From contig JNEM01009059.1 of the NCBI GenBank assembly GCA_000697335.1, positions 1 to 44,597 on the forward strand: 44,597 nucleotides of DNA. The letters are read 5' to 3'. The notes under the pieces are model-generated. The model worked only from the letters and a program-made list of their open reading frames with translations, was not told where the DNA came from and did no database searches. Shown in pieces: positions 1 to 13,773 of this stretch. The position numbers and the translations under genes are program-made. Origin of the DNA: Conidiobolus incongruus B7586. Lineage: Eukaryota. How positions within the stretch are numbered: the stretch's first letter is position 1; each line of letters begins with the position of its first letter.

Positions 1-627
1 TAAAATTTATTAATTATTATCATTTATTGTAAAAAATTTGATTTTTAACCATACTTTAAATTATTTCATTTAGTAATAGCTAATCTAACTCTTTTTAAGA
101 TTTAATTAAATTATTAGATATTTATTTTATATCTTTATGAATGAATTGAATATTAAACTTATATATATATTACTTTTATAATTAATATTAAATTGTCTTG
201 AAAATTTTTTAGTTAAAATAAAAAAATATTTTTTAATAAATTTTTTAACCCTATTAATAATTTTAAAAAAGGTGATTAAAATTAATTTTCTAGATTTTAA
301 TAAGTTTTAAATAATTTATTTAATAATAAAAAGTTGATTTAAATACTATTTTATTACCAAAAGTTGCTTATGAATTTTATATAATTTTAGAGTGTTTAGG
401 GTTAAATTTTACAAATATTAAAATAAAAAACTTTTACCAGTTATTATTAAGTTTTAGTATTATTAAATAACAAATTTTAAAAAGTTAACTTTTAATCAAA
501 AAAATTATTATGTATATATATATAATCTCAAATTATATATCTTCTTATTTGTTTTGTATATATTTTATTATTTGAAACTAATAATATGCTTGAAAAATCA
601 GATTTTAAAAAATCTCCCATTTTTTCA
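1..627 (+). repeat. Repeat family A, copy 1 (3' part; truncated by window edge)
   Basis: The 3' end 'tttgaaactaataatatgcttgaaaaatcagattttaaaaaatctcccat' matches ~24230-24285 (+), ~25240-25290 (reverse complement) and ~34660-34715 (+). Internal blocks such as 'attttaataagttttaaataattt' and 'taataataaa.agttgatttaaata' are shared with the 23.9 kb copy. Confidence 0.8.
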
Positions 628-3600
628 ATTGTGTGATAATATTAATATTTTTTTAATCCAATTCTATTTTAATAATTTTGATATTTAAAAGTGAAATAAT
701 TTTGTTAACTAATAAATAATTTGAGATTAAATATTAAAAGAGTAAATTATTATAAATTATTAAACACAATGATAGCAGTAAAAATAACAAATATTCTTCA
801 ATAACTGTTGCATCCTGCTCCTTTGGAGAAATTAGAACAAAGAATCAATCCTAAGAACCATAACAAGGATACACCATTATTCAGCCATGCCTGCAAAAAC
901 ACCTAAATACACAAGTAGCTGTTAGCATAGAAGTCTGATTTTTGGTTTAACTAATCCAAACTACACTTTTATTTACAGTTATCCTCCATTTTACCTTTAA
1001 AAGTTCAAACAGTAAAACGTCTATATCAGTGTATTAATAGACCTATATTCCAACAATATTATAATTTATTATATTCAGTATACTCCTCAGGTTAATAAAC
1101 CTCAGTTTCACTACAAACGTATCATTTTCTTATATTTATTTATTCATTGCTGTATAGCTTTACACTATGGCACTCACTGGATGCACTTTACTTGATTTAT
1201 AATCACTTGATTATATCGAATTTAATCAATTAGCAATTGCAAACTAACTGATTCTCATGGCCCTCAAAATTGAAAAGCTCATAATCATCTATATCTGACC
1301 ATTGAGATTAAATCCTGAAGCTGAAATTAATGCCCATCACTAGCATTCTTAAAATAAACATTCAAAAACTTTTGTGCTATTTAAAAAATTACAATAATTT
1401 TAGTTAATGCATTGTTTTAAAATCACTAGATTCATAATAATATAATAAATTAAAAAATGTTACTATATATATATAATCCATCAATCTTTAATATATTATC
1501 GAAAATTTCAAGTTTAAAATATCTATTCATAAATGATAGATTATAATTTAAATTTGTGTAACTAATTTTAAATTTGAAAAATTAATAATAATAATAATTT
1601 TATTATTATTATTAATACTATATATAGTATTAAACTTATAAATTATTTCATTATAGTGCTTATGGTTATATTATAAAATATGTCTAATTTATATTATTGA
1701 AATTTCATAATAGTAGTAATAATTTTGTAGCTTAGTAGTACAAAGGAAGAATCAAGCTAAACAATAAATACAAAATAACCCCTGTTAGAAGTAAAAAGAA
1801 TTTATTTAATGATTATAGGTAGTAAAATTATTATTTTAATATGAAAGCATGTAGCATTTAATTGCGATACTGTGGAATTTTAAGGAAATAATAGTGATAT
1901 TTAATCAAGAAGGAATCAACATTATTTTGTAAATCAAATTTAAGTATAAATTTTATAAAATTTATTATGCTTAAATAATAAAAATAGTAAAATATAAATA
2001 TGGAATTTGAGATCCAATCTCTTAAAAATAATGGTTTATTTACTTATAAATTTTATATTGTAATATAACTTGTACAGAGTTAATCAGTTATTATCCTTCT
2101 GATCATTAGATATTAATTTTAATTAATAATATTATACATTGATTCGTGCAAGTATATAAGATTCAAAATCTTTTATTGGAACATATATATATATATATAT
2201 ATTCCCAATTGTCTGTATAATATTTAATACAAAAATTCATATCTCGTATAATTATATAACAATATAGCATTATATTCAAAATTATATATATGTGATTAAA
2301 CATAAATTCAACTATAGCTAATATATATTATAATATAAAATTATTTATCAAATAAAGCAAACACATCTCATTCCTATTAACTGTTTTTACTTTATTACTT
2401 CATTTAACTATCAAATCAGGGATGATATTCATTCATAAATTTGAATATATTGAAAAAATTATTAAATAATATTTAATAATTAAAATACCAATTAACAACT
2501 TTAATCATAATAATATATAGATGATCAAATAATTTGATAACAATTAAAATTTGAATGGACTATTTAGAACAACAAAATTACGATTTATTAATAGTTTGGA
2601 TTTAATCGGCTTATTTACCGAATCTAATATTTGGATGTTAATGAAAATCCGGAATTGTATTTGATATTCATACTTAATTTGAAGTTTGAATGTAACTATT
2701 ATGATGATAATCTATCAAAATGAAATATTCACTTAAAATATCCTGTATTATAGGCTGTATGAATTGAATTATATTTTAGTGATCAAAACACCAAAAACTA
2801 AAGATTTTGAATTATTACTATATATTCAAATTATCAAAAATGTATAATATTTCATATCATATAAAGAGATATTATTTGATTGAAACCAGTATAAGATATA
2901 TGGATTTTGGCATTGAAAAATATCCACTTTTCTAAAATTTAACAGGTTTTGTAAGATTATTATATATTATTAATTTAACAATTTGATAGAGAATATATTC
3001 AATATCCTAAATATTAGAAATTATATATTTTTATATTTGGTAATAAAGATAAATCTGAAAATAATATTTCATTTTATTTGATTAAAAAGTATTAATAGAT
3101 TATTTAATTTAATAATTAAAATAATAATAAATTAGTTAAATTAAATTATTATTACAATTTTTTTCATCATTCTCTTAATTTTCAATAAAATCCAATTTTA
3201 ACCTGAAAATTTATTATTAAAAAAGAATTTTCATGAATTTTAGAGAATTTTAAATTACACCAGGTGGTTCATTAGAATATTATCACTTTTAAAAAATAGC
3301 ATTTCACCAAGTCCATTAGCATATTGTTTAACGTTGAATAATACATTGAAATGCTGATTCAAATAAAGAGATACCACTAGTGCTATATTTTAACGGTTTG
3401 TTCTCCCCCTTAGATTGTTAATATATTGGGTTTAACAAATTGGTAAGATTTTTGAACCTAATACAATTGTGTCGTGGATGTTTTAATGTTTCAATTGGAT
3501 AAATTAGAATTAACTAGAATATTATAATAGTAAAAAGTTATAATATCTTCAATAAAAACTAATTATGGTAACAGAAAAAAAAATATAAGTTATTTAATTT

Positions 3601-6600
3601 TACTAGAGATAACTAAATCTATAGTTTGGAGTTTTTTAATCAGTATAAATATATATACATTTAATATTATACAACGTTCAATAAAATAATGAAATATAAT
3701 ACTATAATTAGTATTAGAGTAAAAAAGCAATTTTATTTAAATAATTTTGAAAGATATAAACAATATTAGTAAAAATTTTGAATGAGACTATAGACAAAAA
3801 ATAAGCTGGATCAAAAATAGAAGGAACAGAAAGGATCTAGAGATAATGGGGAGTAAAATATTCACATAGTATGGAGATAGGTAGAAAAAATCGACGGAGA
3901 CAATTACAAAGTAGTTAAACTTGACTAGAGGAGAATAAGAGGAAATCAAGGAATGACAGTGAAGAGTTCATAATTATTCTTGGATTGCAGCCAAGTCACT
4001 TTGGTAAAGGTAAGAAGCTCCAGAGGATCGTCTCCTTGACTTTTTAACTATTTTAGTTTGACTAAAAGGTTTTTCAATTGTTGGCATAGACTGAAAGCTG
4101 GAGATATATTTTTCGTTATATTGATCCAAATTTAAAGGGCTGAACTCCATAGTAGTATTCATTGTACTATCTACAAATTTTAAATTGGAATAAAATTGAA
4201 CCAAATCATTGTCGATGTCAATGGTTTTATACTATCCAAAAAATGGATTTTTTCTATTGGATAGGGGGCTCAGTCAGGGAGAAGGAGCTCGGATAGATTA
4301 TTAATATACCATCAGAAACAGGATCTGGATTATTTCGAAGATTAATAGGGGGATTTTTCAAGTGTGGAGGGTGAGATGAATATAAGTGAATTGAGGTGAT
4401 GATATGTTTGAAGGGATTGAAACGTTGATTAAACCTGATGTTTTAAGGTTTTAATACAGTCCATGTGAATTCACTCTTAACCACATTTAATTAGAATAAA
4501 TTCAATATTTAATATTAGCTATTTCAATACCATTTTTTCAAAATAATTTTTACTAAATTTCAGATTCTTTATCTATTCTTAATATCATCTATCTTTATTT
4601 AATCAATAATCAATCCTATACAATTGATGCGAGTTCAATTAATTAAATCATATGGGGTAAATATTAGATTTTTATTTCTATTTTATATTCATTATATCTT
4701 ACGAGAAAGCTATTTTTAACAAATTTGATAATTGACTAGGCATTTATAAATAAAAAATACGCAAAAAAGGTTATTTAACTATATATGAAAATTGAAGATT
4801 AGATAGTTAATATGAAATCATTACTAGAATACTCAAAAATAATCAATTACTTATTACTAATTAACCTACATGTCATTCATTAACCTAAATAATTAATTGT
4901 TAAATATAACATATTATTGAATAAATTGTGGATTTTAATAGTATAGAATAAATGAATTATGAGGATTAAATGATGAAATATGCCAAATATTGAATTACAT
5001 CTACCAATTATGGTAAGCATAAGATTACTTGGATATTAAAAGAAAATGATTATTTTATTAATAATTTGAAAATATAATTTTAAATTCAATTTATTATAAA
5101 TTATTTTAAAATTTTTACTTTTATAGATTTTCTGAAAGAACCAAACTCACATGATGTTTTTACCCTTTCAATATTAAAATTAGACTAATAGTATTAAATG
5201 CGATGATGAAATATCCCTGATATTCGTATAAAATTCACTACTTGGCATTATTTAGTAAATTTTATCATAAAAGATTATATCATCAGCTTTGAAAATTACT
5301 AATTTGTATACAATATAGAAAAGACTTAATTTATATGCTGAGCATATTATGATTAATGAAATATCTTACAAATTACTACAAATTAGGTTTTCTATTAATT
5401 ATATTTATAAAAATTTAATCATATTATTTATAAGCAAATTAATTTAATTATATTTAATTTCCTAATTTCAATTCTAAAAATAACAATTTAATGGAAAAAT
5501 ATACAAATTGTTTCATATTTTCACTATGCTAGATATTTTTTATATAAAATATACCAAATTCAATTTAATTCAAAATATATATTTCAAATATGTTATTATC
5601 AAATTGATTAATATTAATAAAATATATTTTACTTTCTATATTGTTATTCCCACATGGATATATCACTATATATTAACTAATCTGAGTTAAATAGTGAAGG
5701 ATGATTTATTAATATTATCCGTAATAATTGGTTAAATAAACTTATTTTAAAACGTGGTAAATTTTCTCGTAATAATATATAATTTTGGTTGAGTATTTCA
5801 GTAACATCTTTGATTACAATTAGTGAATTTCGATATTTTAGTATTCTATAAATATAACGGAAATGATTCATATTATACTATATACTATTAAGATATAACT
5901 GTTTGATTTTTTTAATTTATTGCAATTTTATATTGGTAATAGTTGTTAACTCGAAAATCACAATTTTATCAATTAAATTCAAACATAATTATATATATAA
6001 GATAAATATACGAAACTGAAGTATATCCAGTTGCCATATCAAGTATATCTGCGTAATGGCCATTTTATATGCTCAAATAATTAAATAATGAGGGTTTATT
6101 ATATAATATTCGGTTATTAATAAACCTCAAAAAATGTAATGCATTAACTATATCAGTATTTTATTATATAATGAATGCGATTTTTCAATTGATACATCCT
6201 TGTTGGGAAACAACATTTTCATTCAAAATTAAAAGCATTTATACATATTCTCTATCTGATATAATTAAATATTTAAATCGTTTAACTTCAAATATTAAAA
6301 TATGAGAGAAACTTTAAATAAACAAAAACACAATAAATATATATAGCATATTTTTAATTATATTCAATCTATCAAAAGTTAAAAAGATAAATCTATGATT
6401 GTATATAATATTCATTTATTATTACTGTTCAATAGTAACAGCAATATGTTTCATTAACTGGAAGCACATTCATGTGAATAAAACTCTAAAACTATAAGTA
6501 CACAGCTTAAATAAATAAAAATAATGAGCTGCTCCAAAATTTTTCAAGACAAGTAGTGGCACATTCGTTAAATCAAATAGTATACAAATAAAAATACTGA

Positions 6601-9125
6601 ATTTGACTTATTTCCAAGAGCTAAAGATACGGAATTTAATTTAAACTTAGAAATCAGATATATTTTGAACATGATAAATAACTCAGCCAACCAAACTATG
6701 AGTAATAATATTAAATCAATTAAAGTACCAAAAAACATCAAGTTCATAGCTAGAAGCCTAATACTGATGGAGAAAAAATAATTCACCACATACCACAACA
6801 TCAATAATTATCAAGCGAAAAACAATATATATTTGTTTTCTAATTTTATTATTTATCCCATGTGTATTATGTTCAATTAGTATATTGTAATAAAATATAT
6901 TCCAAATAATCCAACAAATTATATTAGTTTAAAAATCAATACTATGATTATCATATAAATCATATAAAAACACAATTAGAATATTGGTATATAAAGCTAT
7001 TAATATTATAGTTCAATGAAATACTTGGAAAAAAAACTCAATTGATTTTCAATAAGGATAAAATCCATCAATAATATGGCAATACAAGCTAAAAAAGCTT
7101 GCTGTATTAATTCACTTGCTGATACAATTTTCAATTCTGCTTAAAATGCTACAATTAGACTAAAGATCATTGGTACTTATACCGATATATCTGAAATTTG
7201 ATTGGGTTTTTATATAAATTGCAGCTTGACAAGAAACTCTGATTAGGAAATTCAATAATTCTCTAAACAGTACATTTTATATTCATTCATAATAATTCAA
7301 AAATGTGTAAAAATTTCTAAATGATTCAATATTTTTAAATAAATTAGTTATCCATTAATTTCATAAAAATATTGTATTTTTTTATTTTTGTTTTAAAAAC
7401 ATAATCAAGTATATACTCTAGATTTAGAAACATAATGCTATATTTACCAGTAGATTTGAGATACAAGGATCAGCAGTAATTCAATCTATTATTAAATTGT
7501 TAAAATTTTAAAAAAATTAATCAGATCTATTTAATACAAAACAATCTTGAATAAACTTTAAACTAATGAGCATCTTCGATCATTCACTATCATTGACATT
7601 ATATTAGTGCAAGTATAAAGACAATAATGTTATGATAGCAACTATAGTCAAAAATGCAATTTTTATATCATGCTCAAAATTACTCGATATTTTCAATTCA
7701 TTGATCAGTAATATGTGATTTTCTATGGAAGAAGTGTCAATTATAAAAATTCTATTAAATTTGGTTGAATTAAATTTTAAATTTTAAATTTAATTTAAAT
7801 GTTCAATACGTATATTTACAGATAATTATAAATAGAATTGGAAACTAAATAATACCGTCTATTTTATAATTATTTAATGGAATTTATATATTTTTAATCT
7901 ATTTATTAGTGAATATTTAATAATATTGGTTCTTTGATAGAGATCGATTCAAATCAATCAAATAATTTTGGTTGTGATTTAAATTTGATTTAATTATTCA
8001 TTCATATCAAATTATCTGGTTTACAATGCTGTTTTAGGAAACATCCCATTGGTAGAATGCCACATGTATCATATTAATTGTGTTATTTTTATATAATTGC
8101 TCATGAAAATATACTTCTGAGATTGCAATAGTTAAAATTTCAATCGTTTTATTATATTTATAGAAAAACATATTGTATATTAATACATATATTATTAATT
8201 GCGAAATATAAATTTATTGTATATCCAGTGGAATTTGCATTTTTTTAAGCAATTAATCATAAAATTTCTAATTTTTTATAAAAATGACAGAGTTTGAGTA
8301 TTTATCATCAAATAATAAAAAATGTAATTTTTATTCAAGTTAGTTTGATGATATAATTTAAAAGCTTAATCAAATATTATATATATATATATATTGAAAT
8401 TTTGAAAACTATTTAATTTAGTTTTTTGGGTAATCATAACAGAAACTTATTCAAATAATCAAGTATATTAACATTTTATACAAATTTAGAAATTATAACA
8501 TCATATAACCAACTTAATTTATGCATTTTTAATTGAATATAATAAAATGAGGTAGTTTATCCATTCTCCTTAGTTTCAAGCTTAGAAATATTTCACTCAT
8601 TAAACTTTAACTCTATACTATATTAATATTTGAAAAGTTAATCATATTTTACTTTTATTATATTTAGTAATTTATAATGCAATAAATATTATTGATAAAT
8701 TAAAAATTATAAACAGAATAAAAATTATCTATTAATAATATCGTTTTATATAACATAATTATATCGATAAAATATTTTCATCAAAATGTTAAAAAGATAT
8801 AAATGAATACTAGAAAAACTTTTGAAATGAAATAACTGTATAAAATAAAATTGATAAATCTTGGAAGTAATTAATTTTGCGGGTTTTTTAATTGAAGTAA
8901 AAAATCATAATAATTAGTTAGAATGAATAATGATTCGTCATCAAGTTCAATACCATTGAATAGGACAGGAATTGATTAAAATTATATAATTTGATTGCAT
9001 TTCCTCCATATATTTAATACTTCGCCAACCCTTGAATAATTTTTCAAAGCTTTAATATTATAAAATTAAAATAGTGAAAATATAAATTTTATTTAATATT
9101 TAATAGAGGTAATTTTATAAGAAAT

Positions 9126-10685
9126 ATGAAATTAATATATAGCTCTATATGGTTGTTGAGTTTAGTCAACTTAACAGCTGTCCAAATACCACACCATTTA
9201 AATGATTTGGTACCTAAGTTAATTGACAGTACTCTAAATTCCACTATAATATGGGATCGCTTAGCTGAAATGACTGATACCTATGGCCAGAGACAAGTAG
9301 GCTCGAAAAGCTTGGAAAAGGCAAGAACTGAATTTGGATTTTATATATGATAAAAAACTGATTTTAACGTAATGATAGTCTATTGACTGGGTGGTTAATA
9401 TGATCAAACACGATGGTATTAAAGTGTATACCGAGCCTGTCGTCATCAATAAGTGGAAAAGGGTTTATGAAAATTAGAACTCATTACTCCAACTCTTGGT
9501 AGAAAATCGATTCAAGTGACTGCACTTGGAAACACTACTTCTACTCCACTAGGTGGGATCACCGCAGAAGTAGTTCCTATTTCCAGCTTTGAAGAGTTAG
9601 ATGATTTAGTTAATCAAGATAAACGCGCAATCAAAGGAAAGATGGTGTTATTTAATTTCGATTGGAGCAGTTATGGTAATGGCACCCGTTTCCGCAACCT
9701 TGGTGCACGCAAGGTAGAACAGCTAGGTGGAGTTGCCAGTATTATTCGCTCAGTAGCAAGCTACAGTCTTACCACGCTTCACACTGGGCTACAGTTTTAC
9801 CCAGCTAACATTCCTGCTGTGGCAATCACTGAGGAAGATGCAAATCTAATTACTCGACTTCATAAGCGAGCAACTGGGCAGCTTAAATCTGCAGTGAATA
9901 ACAATTATGTTGATTTTAAAAAGCCCAAGCTTCACTTAAATATCCTCGTGAAGGGTGGTATGAAAAATGGTAAAAGTAGAAATATTATTGCAGAAATCAA
10001 GGGATCCAAATACCCTGACGAATATGTTGTACTTGGAGGACATATTGATAGCTGGGATCTGGGAGTAGGTGCACTTGACGATGGAGGTGGCTCTTTCAGT
10101 AGCTACGAAGTCTTGAGACAAATTCAAATTTCTAATTTTAAGCCTAAGCGCACAATCAGATTAGTGTTATGGACAGGAGAAGAAAATGGAGGTGAGGGAA
10201 GTGAAGCTTACTACAAAAAACACAAGGATGAAATAGATCAATATGCTTTAGTGATGGAATCTGACTCTGACTCAGCACATCCTATTGGACTGAGGTACTC
10301 AGGTCCTCCTGAAGCGAAAGAATATTTGAGTCAAATTGCAAATCAATTTTTGAAACCTTTGGGATGGGGTGTGAACTTCACACCTGGTCATGGTGAAGCG
10401 GATATCCGACTAATTTGTCAGAGTAATAAAGTTCCATGTGCTGGATATCATTCCGGAAGCAAAATCAAAGATATAGTCAAGGATAGCAAATGCGACGAGT
10501 TTATTGAAGACGGCTATTTTTGGTTTCATCATACTCCTGCTGATCGTATGGAAGTACTAAAACCTGAATTATTGACTCAATCGGCTGCCACTATGCTAAC
10601 TTATGTTTTGGCAGCATCTGAATTGGATGAAAATCTGCAAAGGTTAAATAGTGTGAAATTCCATGTTCAAAAACCTTATGATTAA
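9126..10685 (+). CDS. CPQ: Carboxypeptidase Q-like M28D metallopeptidase, copy 1 (exon 1 9126-9320, GC-AG intron 9321-9378, exon 2 9379-10685; 1-nt frameshift at ~9470-9473)
   Basis: Hydrophobic signal-like N-terminus, then WDRLAEMTDTYGQR.VGSKSLEK. Splicing 9321-9378 restores LEK|SIDWVVNMIKHDGIKVYTEPV, collinear with the paralogs. The PA domain is followed by the M28 motifs GGHIDSWD, GALDDGGG, WTGEENG, MESD and FHHT. Adding one A to the A4 run restores YEKLELITPTLG and joins the 9516-10685 frame. Confidence 0.9.
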
Positions 10686-10873
10686 ATGCTATCTTTTATA
10701 TTATTAAATCATTTCAATTAATCAATTTTATAGCATTTTATTTGCATTTGCTAAATGTACAAATTTGAAAATTAATAGCTGAGCAATTGAATTAGATTTT
10801 AGGAAAAAATTAAATGAATTAAACTAGCAAAATCAATAAAAATATTTAAGTGTACAATAATATTATAGCAAAA

Positions 10874-11992
10874 TTAATTCTTTAGTTTATGTTGGTCTCT
10901 CTGTAGTTTGCAATGAATACCATAGTCCCATAACTTCTTTAAACAATGATTATTTAGAGTGTACAAATCGAAGTGAAATTCCTCTATAAGAAGTATGAAT
11001 TAATAAGATAATTGTCATTGAATATTATAATAATTCATCTTACTGTCTTCAATTTCTTTGACGTATGATGTAGGATCTTGATATTTTAATACAATTTTAC
11101 GGGCCTTATAAATTTCTGGACCTTCTAATTTGTTCATAAGTTTGAATAGTCGTTTCCTTGTGAACTAAATGAAGATATGAGTATCTATAAACTAAATATT
11201 ATCAATAAAGATAATTACATCTGGTGCAACATCTTCATTATGACTATCATCGCTCTCTCCTTGATATGATTGTTTGCTAGACGAGGGAATTTTTGGTGTG
11301 GAGAGAGGTGGTGGGGTTGGTTCTTTAGATTTATGGTGGTGATGCTGTCTGACTTTGGAATGCGAGAATGATGATGGTTGAGGTTGGGGTAAAGGAAGAG
11401 CTGAATGCTTTGGTTTGGTAAGAAGCTTTATCTTTGGTAGCGGGGGAGTCGATGTAGCTGTCGGGGGTAAAGGCTGTGGGATAGCTTCAACAGGGGGTAA
11501 TACTAAACGTTTCAAAAGTCTCGGATGTGGATCTTTGAATTCCTGGATCGAAGATTAATATGATATGTTAAAACATGTCAAGTGAATATATTACTAAATC
11601 AATAGGACGACTATACTGAGGTTTATCAAATAATAATTCATGATCTATTAAAACTGGAGGGTATAAATTTTTATAAAAGGCTAATTGAATTTTAAATGGG
11701 AATTGGCCCCATCCTCTTTCGCTCAAAATGAATGGAGGCTCAGTAATAACTAAAAAAATTAACAATAAAAAACTTGAACTGAAATAATGAGGATAAGAAT
11801 ACCTCTTTCAGGATTTTCAAAACTTGGGTGTAAATAATAAGTAACGGATTGAATAAAATCTAAGCAACCGTCTTTCATTTCCATACTCTCCAACCACATT
11901 TTCCATTTTCGAATTTTATGACCACTCTCTATTACTTTTTTAGTTAATTCAACTTTTGTCACAATTTTTAATTTTTTATTAATAATTTTCAT
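10874..11992 (-). CDS. TAF14: Taf14/Yaf9-family YEATS + ET-domain chromatin reader, 5 exons (11992-11803, 11749-11595, 11542-11219, 11164-11044, 10983-10874), 299 aa
   Basis: YEATS motifs [39 protein letters not shown] and IDHELLF. A Pro/Ser/His-rich linker leads to a C-terminal ET-like motif, KEFHFDLYTLNNHCLKKLWDY. Four GT-AG introns of 53, 52, 54 and 60 nt give a continuous 900-nt frame ending in TAA. Confidence 0.88.
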
Positions 11993-13700
11993 ATTTTATT
12001 ATAATTTATCTGAATTTGAATATTATTTGAAATTAGAGTCAAATTGAGGGCTTTATATATACAATAATTCGATTGAAATTTATGGGATTAATATCAATAA
12101 TATAATTTGATTAATTTGAAATTTAAAAATTTGACTTGCTACTTGACAAATGATATTTTATAATTCAAAATTTTACAAAGATTAACCCAAGTAAGCTTAG
12201 AATAAAAATAACAGATAGTTAAGATCATTGCTTGGTATTGGGCAATAGTTATAATAACAATAAAATAAATACAAATAAATTCTCAATTCTGTACTATGTA
12301 TGAAAAGATTTTCTTATAAATTAGTATTGATAATTTTGAAATTTTAAAGAATTTATTTAATTATTATGAGAAGGCGTTTACGATAAAATATTTATCAATT
12401 TGGGTGCACCACATTAAAAAATATAGTTTTTTTGAATATGACTATAATATAATAAAAAGGCTTGAAGCAACATTTTTTATATTGAAATTATGTAGTATCA
12501 ATCCATCTTTTGATCAATGTATTCTTTAAAAATATTATTATTTTAAAATTTCAAGTTTGTTCTTTAAAAATTTGTTAGTTCTAGTAAAAGACTATTACTA
12601 CAGATATAGACAAAAATTTTTATTTAAAACCAATTACTGTTAATTAATAAACGCTTTATTTCAGCTATGTTTTGGTATTTAAAGCAAGACTGAACAATTG
12701 TTCTTAAGAATTATTAATTTGAAAAATTGAGTAATTTTTTATTTTCTAAATGGTATTAGGTTACTATATTTTATTTAATCTATCTGATTGATACATTTTT
12801 CAAATTTACCAAATTTAAGACAATCTATTTGAAACTTATTTCAATACATATGGATTTTTGGTACCTGAATATATTCACACAAATTTAACTCTTTATTAAA
12901 AATAAAATAATGATCCCTAATTAATATTATAAAAAATCAAGATTTTCTGTGATATATTAGGTAAAAAGCCAATATAAAATACTTTGCAATATATCAAATA
13001 ATTAATACTAGAATTGGCAGATCAGCATATTAACTATTTTGATGGAAAGGGTTAATAAAAATGTAGTAATCTAAATAATGATATGCTAAGTTACTTGTCA
13101 AATTTGAAATGTAATCAAATAAATGCAACCAGGTATATATTATCTAAAGTTTTTTAATAAAATTAGATAGCAAATGAATATGTTTATCAAAAACACATAA
13201 GTATATTCAGCAAAATATTCTTTCTAGAATAGTTATATAATGATTAAATATAAAAATTAGTGTATTGCAACACTACTATGGTACTTAAATATATTATTCT
13301 ATTTTAGGTAGATAGTAGATCAAAATCGATGTTTGAACCTTGAATCATTATATATAATATTAATTTTATACAAAGATAAATTTGTCTCAGATTGAATTTT
13401 AGTAGTAAAATTAATTTGATCAATTTAAAAAAATTATTAAAGAATAATGTAATAAAAGATATAAATGATGTGATAAAAATGTATAATGAATGTAAAAATA
13501 AATTATTGTTGTATAATAAAAATTAGAAAAATGAATTAAAAGTTTGAATATAAAAATAATAATTAAATTTAATAAATCAGAAAATAGTTGAGTTCTTTAT
13601 GATTAAAAAGTCAATAAAAAATGAGAAAAAAAGGTATTGAAAAATTCCCATAATTAACAAAGAGTTCAAATATAATCAATCAGAAATTGTTAATATCAGT

Positions 13701-13707
13701 GCTGCTT

Positions 13708-13750
<43 letters not shown>

Positions 13751-13773
13751 GTGTTCAATCCACGGTGGTGGCA
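13701..13773 (+). tRNA. trnF: tRNA-Phe (GAA), intronless
   Basis: D arm TAGCTCAGTTGGGAGAGC, anticodon arm TCAGA-CTGAAGA-TCTGA, T arm CCGTG-TTCAATC-CACGG. A T6 Pol III terminator follows at ~13782-13787. The acceptor stem is weak (see findings). Confidence 0.93.

Noticed and set aside
770..1350. Possible LINE reverse transcriptase or GPCR remnant on the minus strand (KWRITVNKS...YLGV)
   Set aside because: The motif resemblance is too short and frame-inconsistent to support a call.
3974..4470. 76-aa minus ORF with an upstream intron-like segment (4254-4309, GT..CTGAC..AG)
   Set aside because: The region is GC-richer and may be a gene remnant, but I could not splice it into a stop-free frame joined to the ORF, and no family was recognised.
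5508..5871. Short I/K/N/F/Y-rich ORFs (also 15033-15239, 28055-28237, 28908-29156, 38355-38567)
   Set aside because: Their composition is typical of chance ORFs in ~80% AT DNA. Some may be F-box/LRR relics, but this cannot be supported by eye.
6568..6804. 78-aa hydrophobic ORF, possibly a GPCR-like fragment
   Set aside because: It is surrounded by stops and has no diagnostic motif, and hydrophobicity is expected from AT-rich codons.
9081..9086. TATAAA ~45-55 bp upstream of CPQ starts (also ~17160 on the minus strand and ~30920)
   Set aside because: The spacing is suggestive, but the motif is too frequent in this background to call a promoter.
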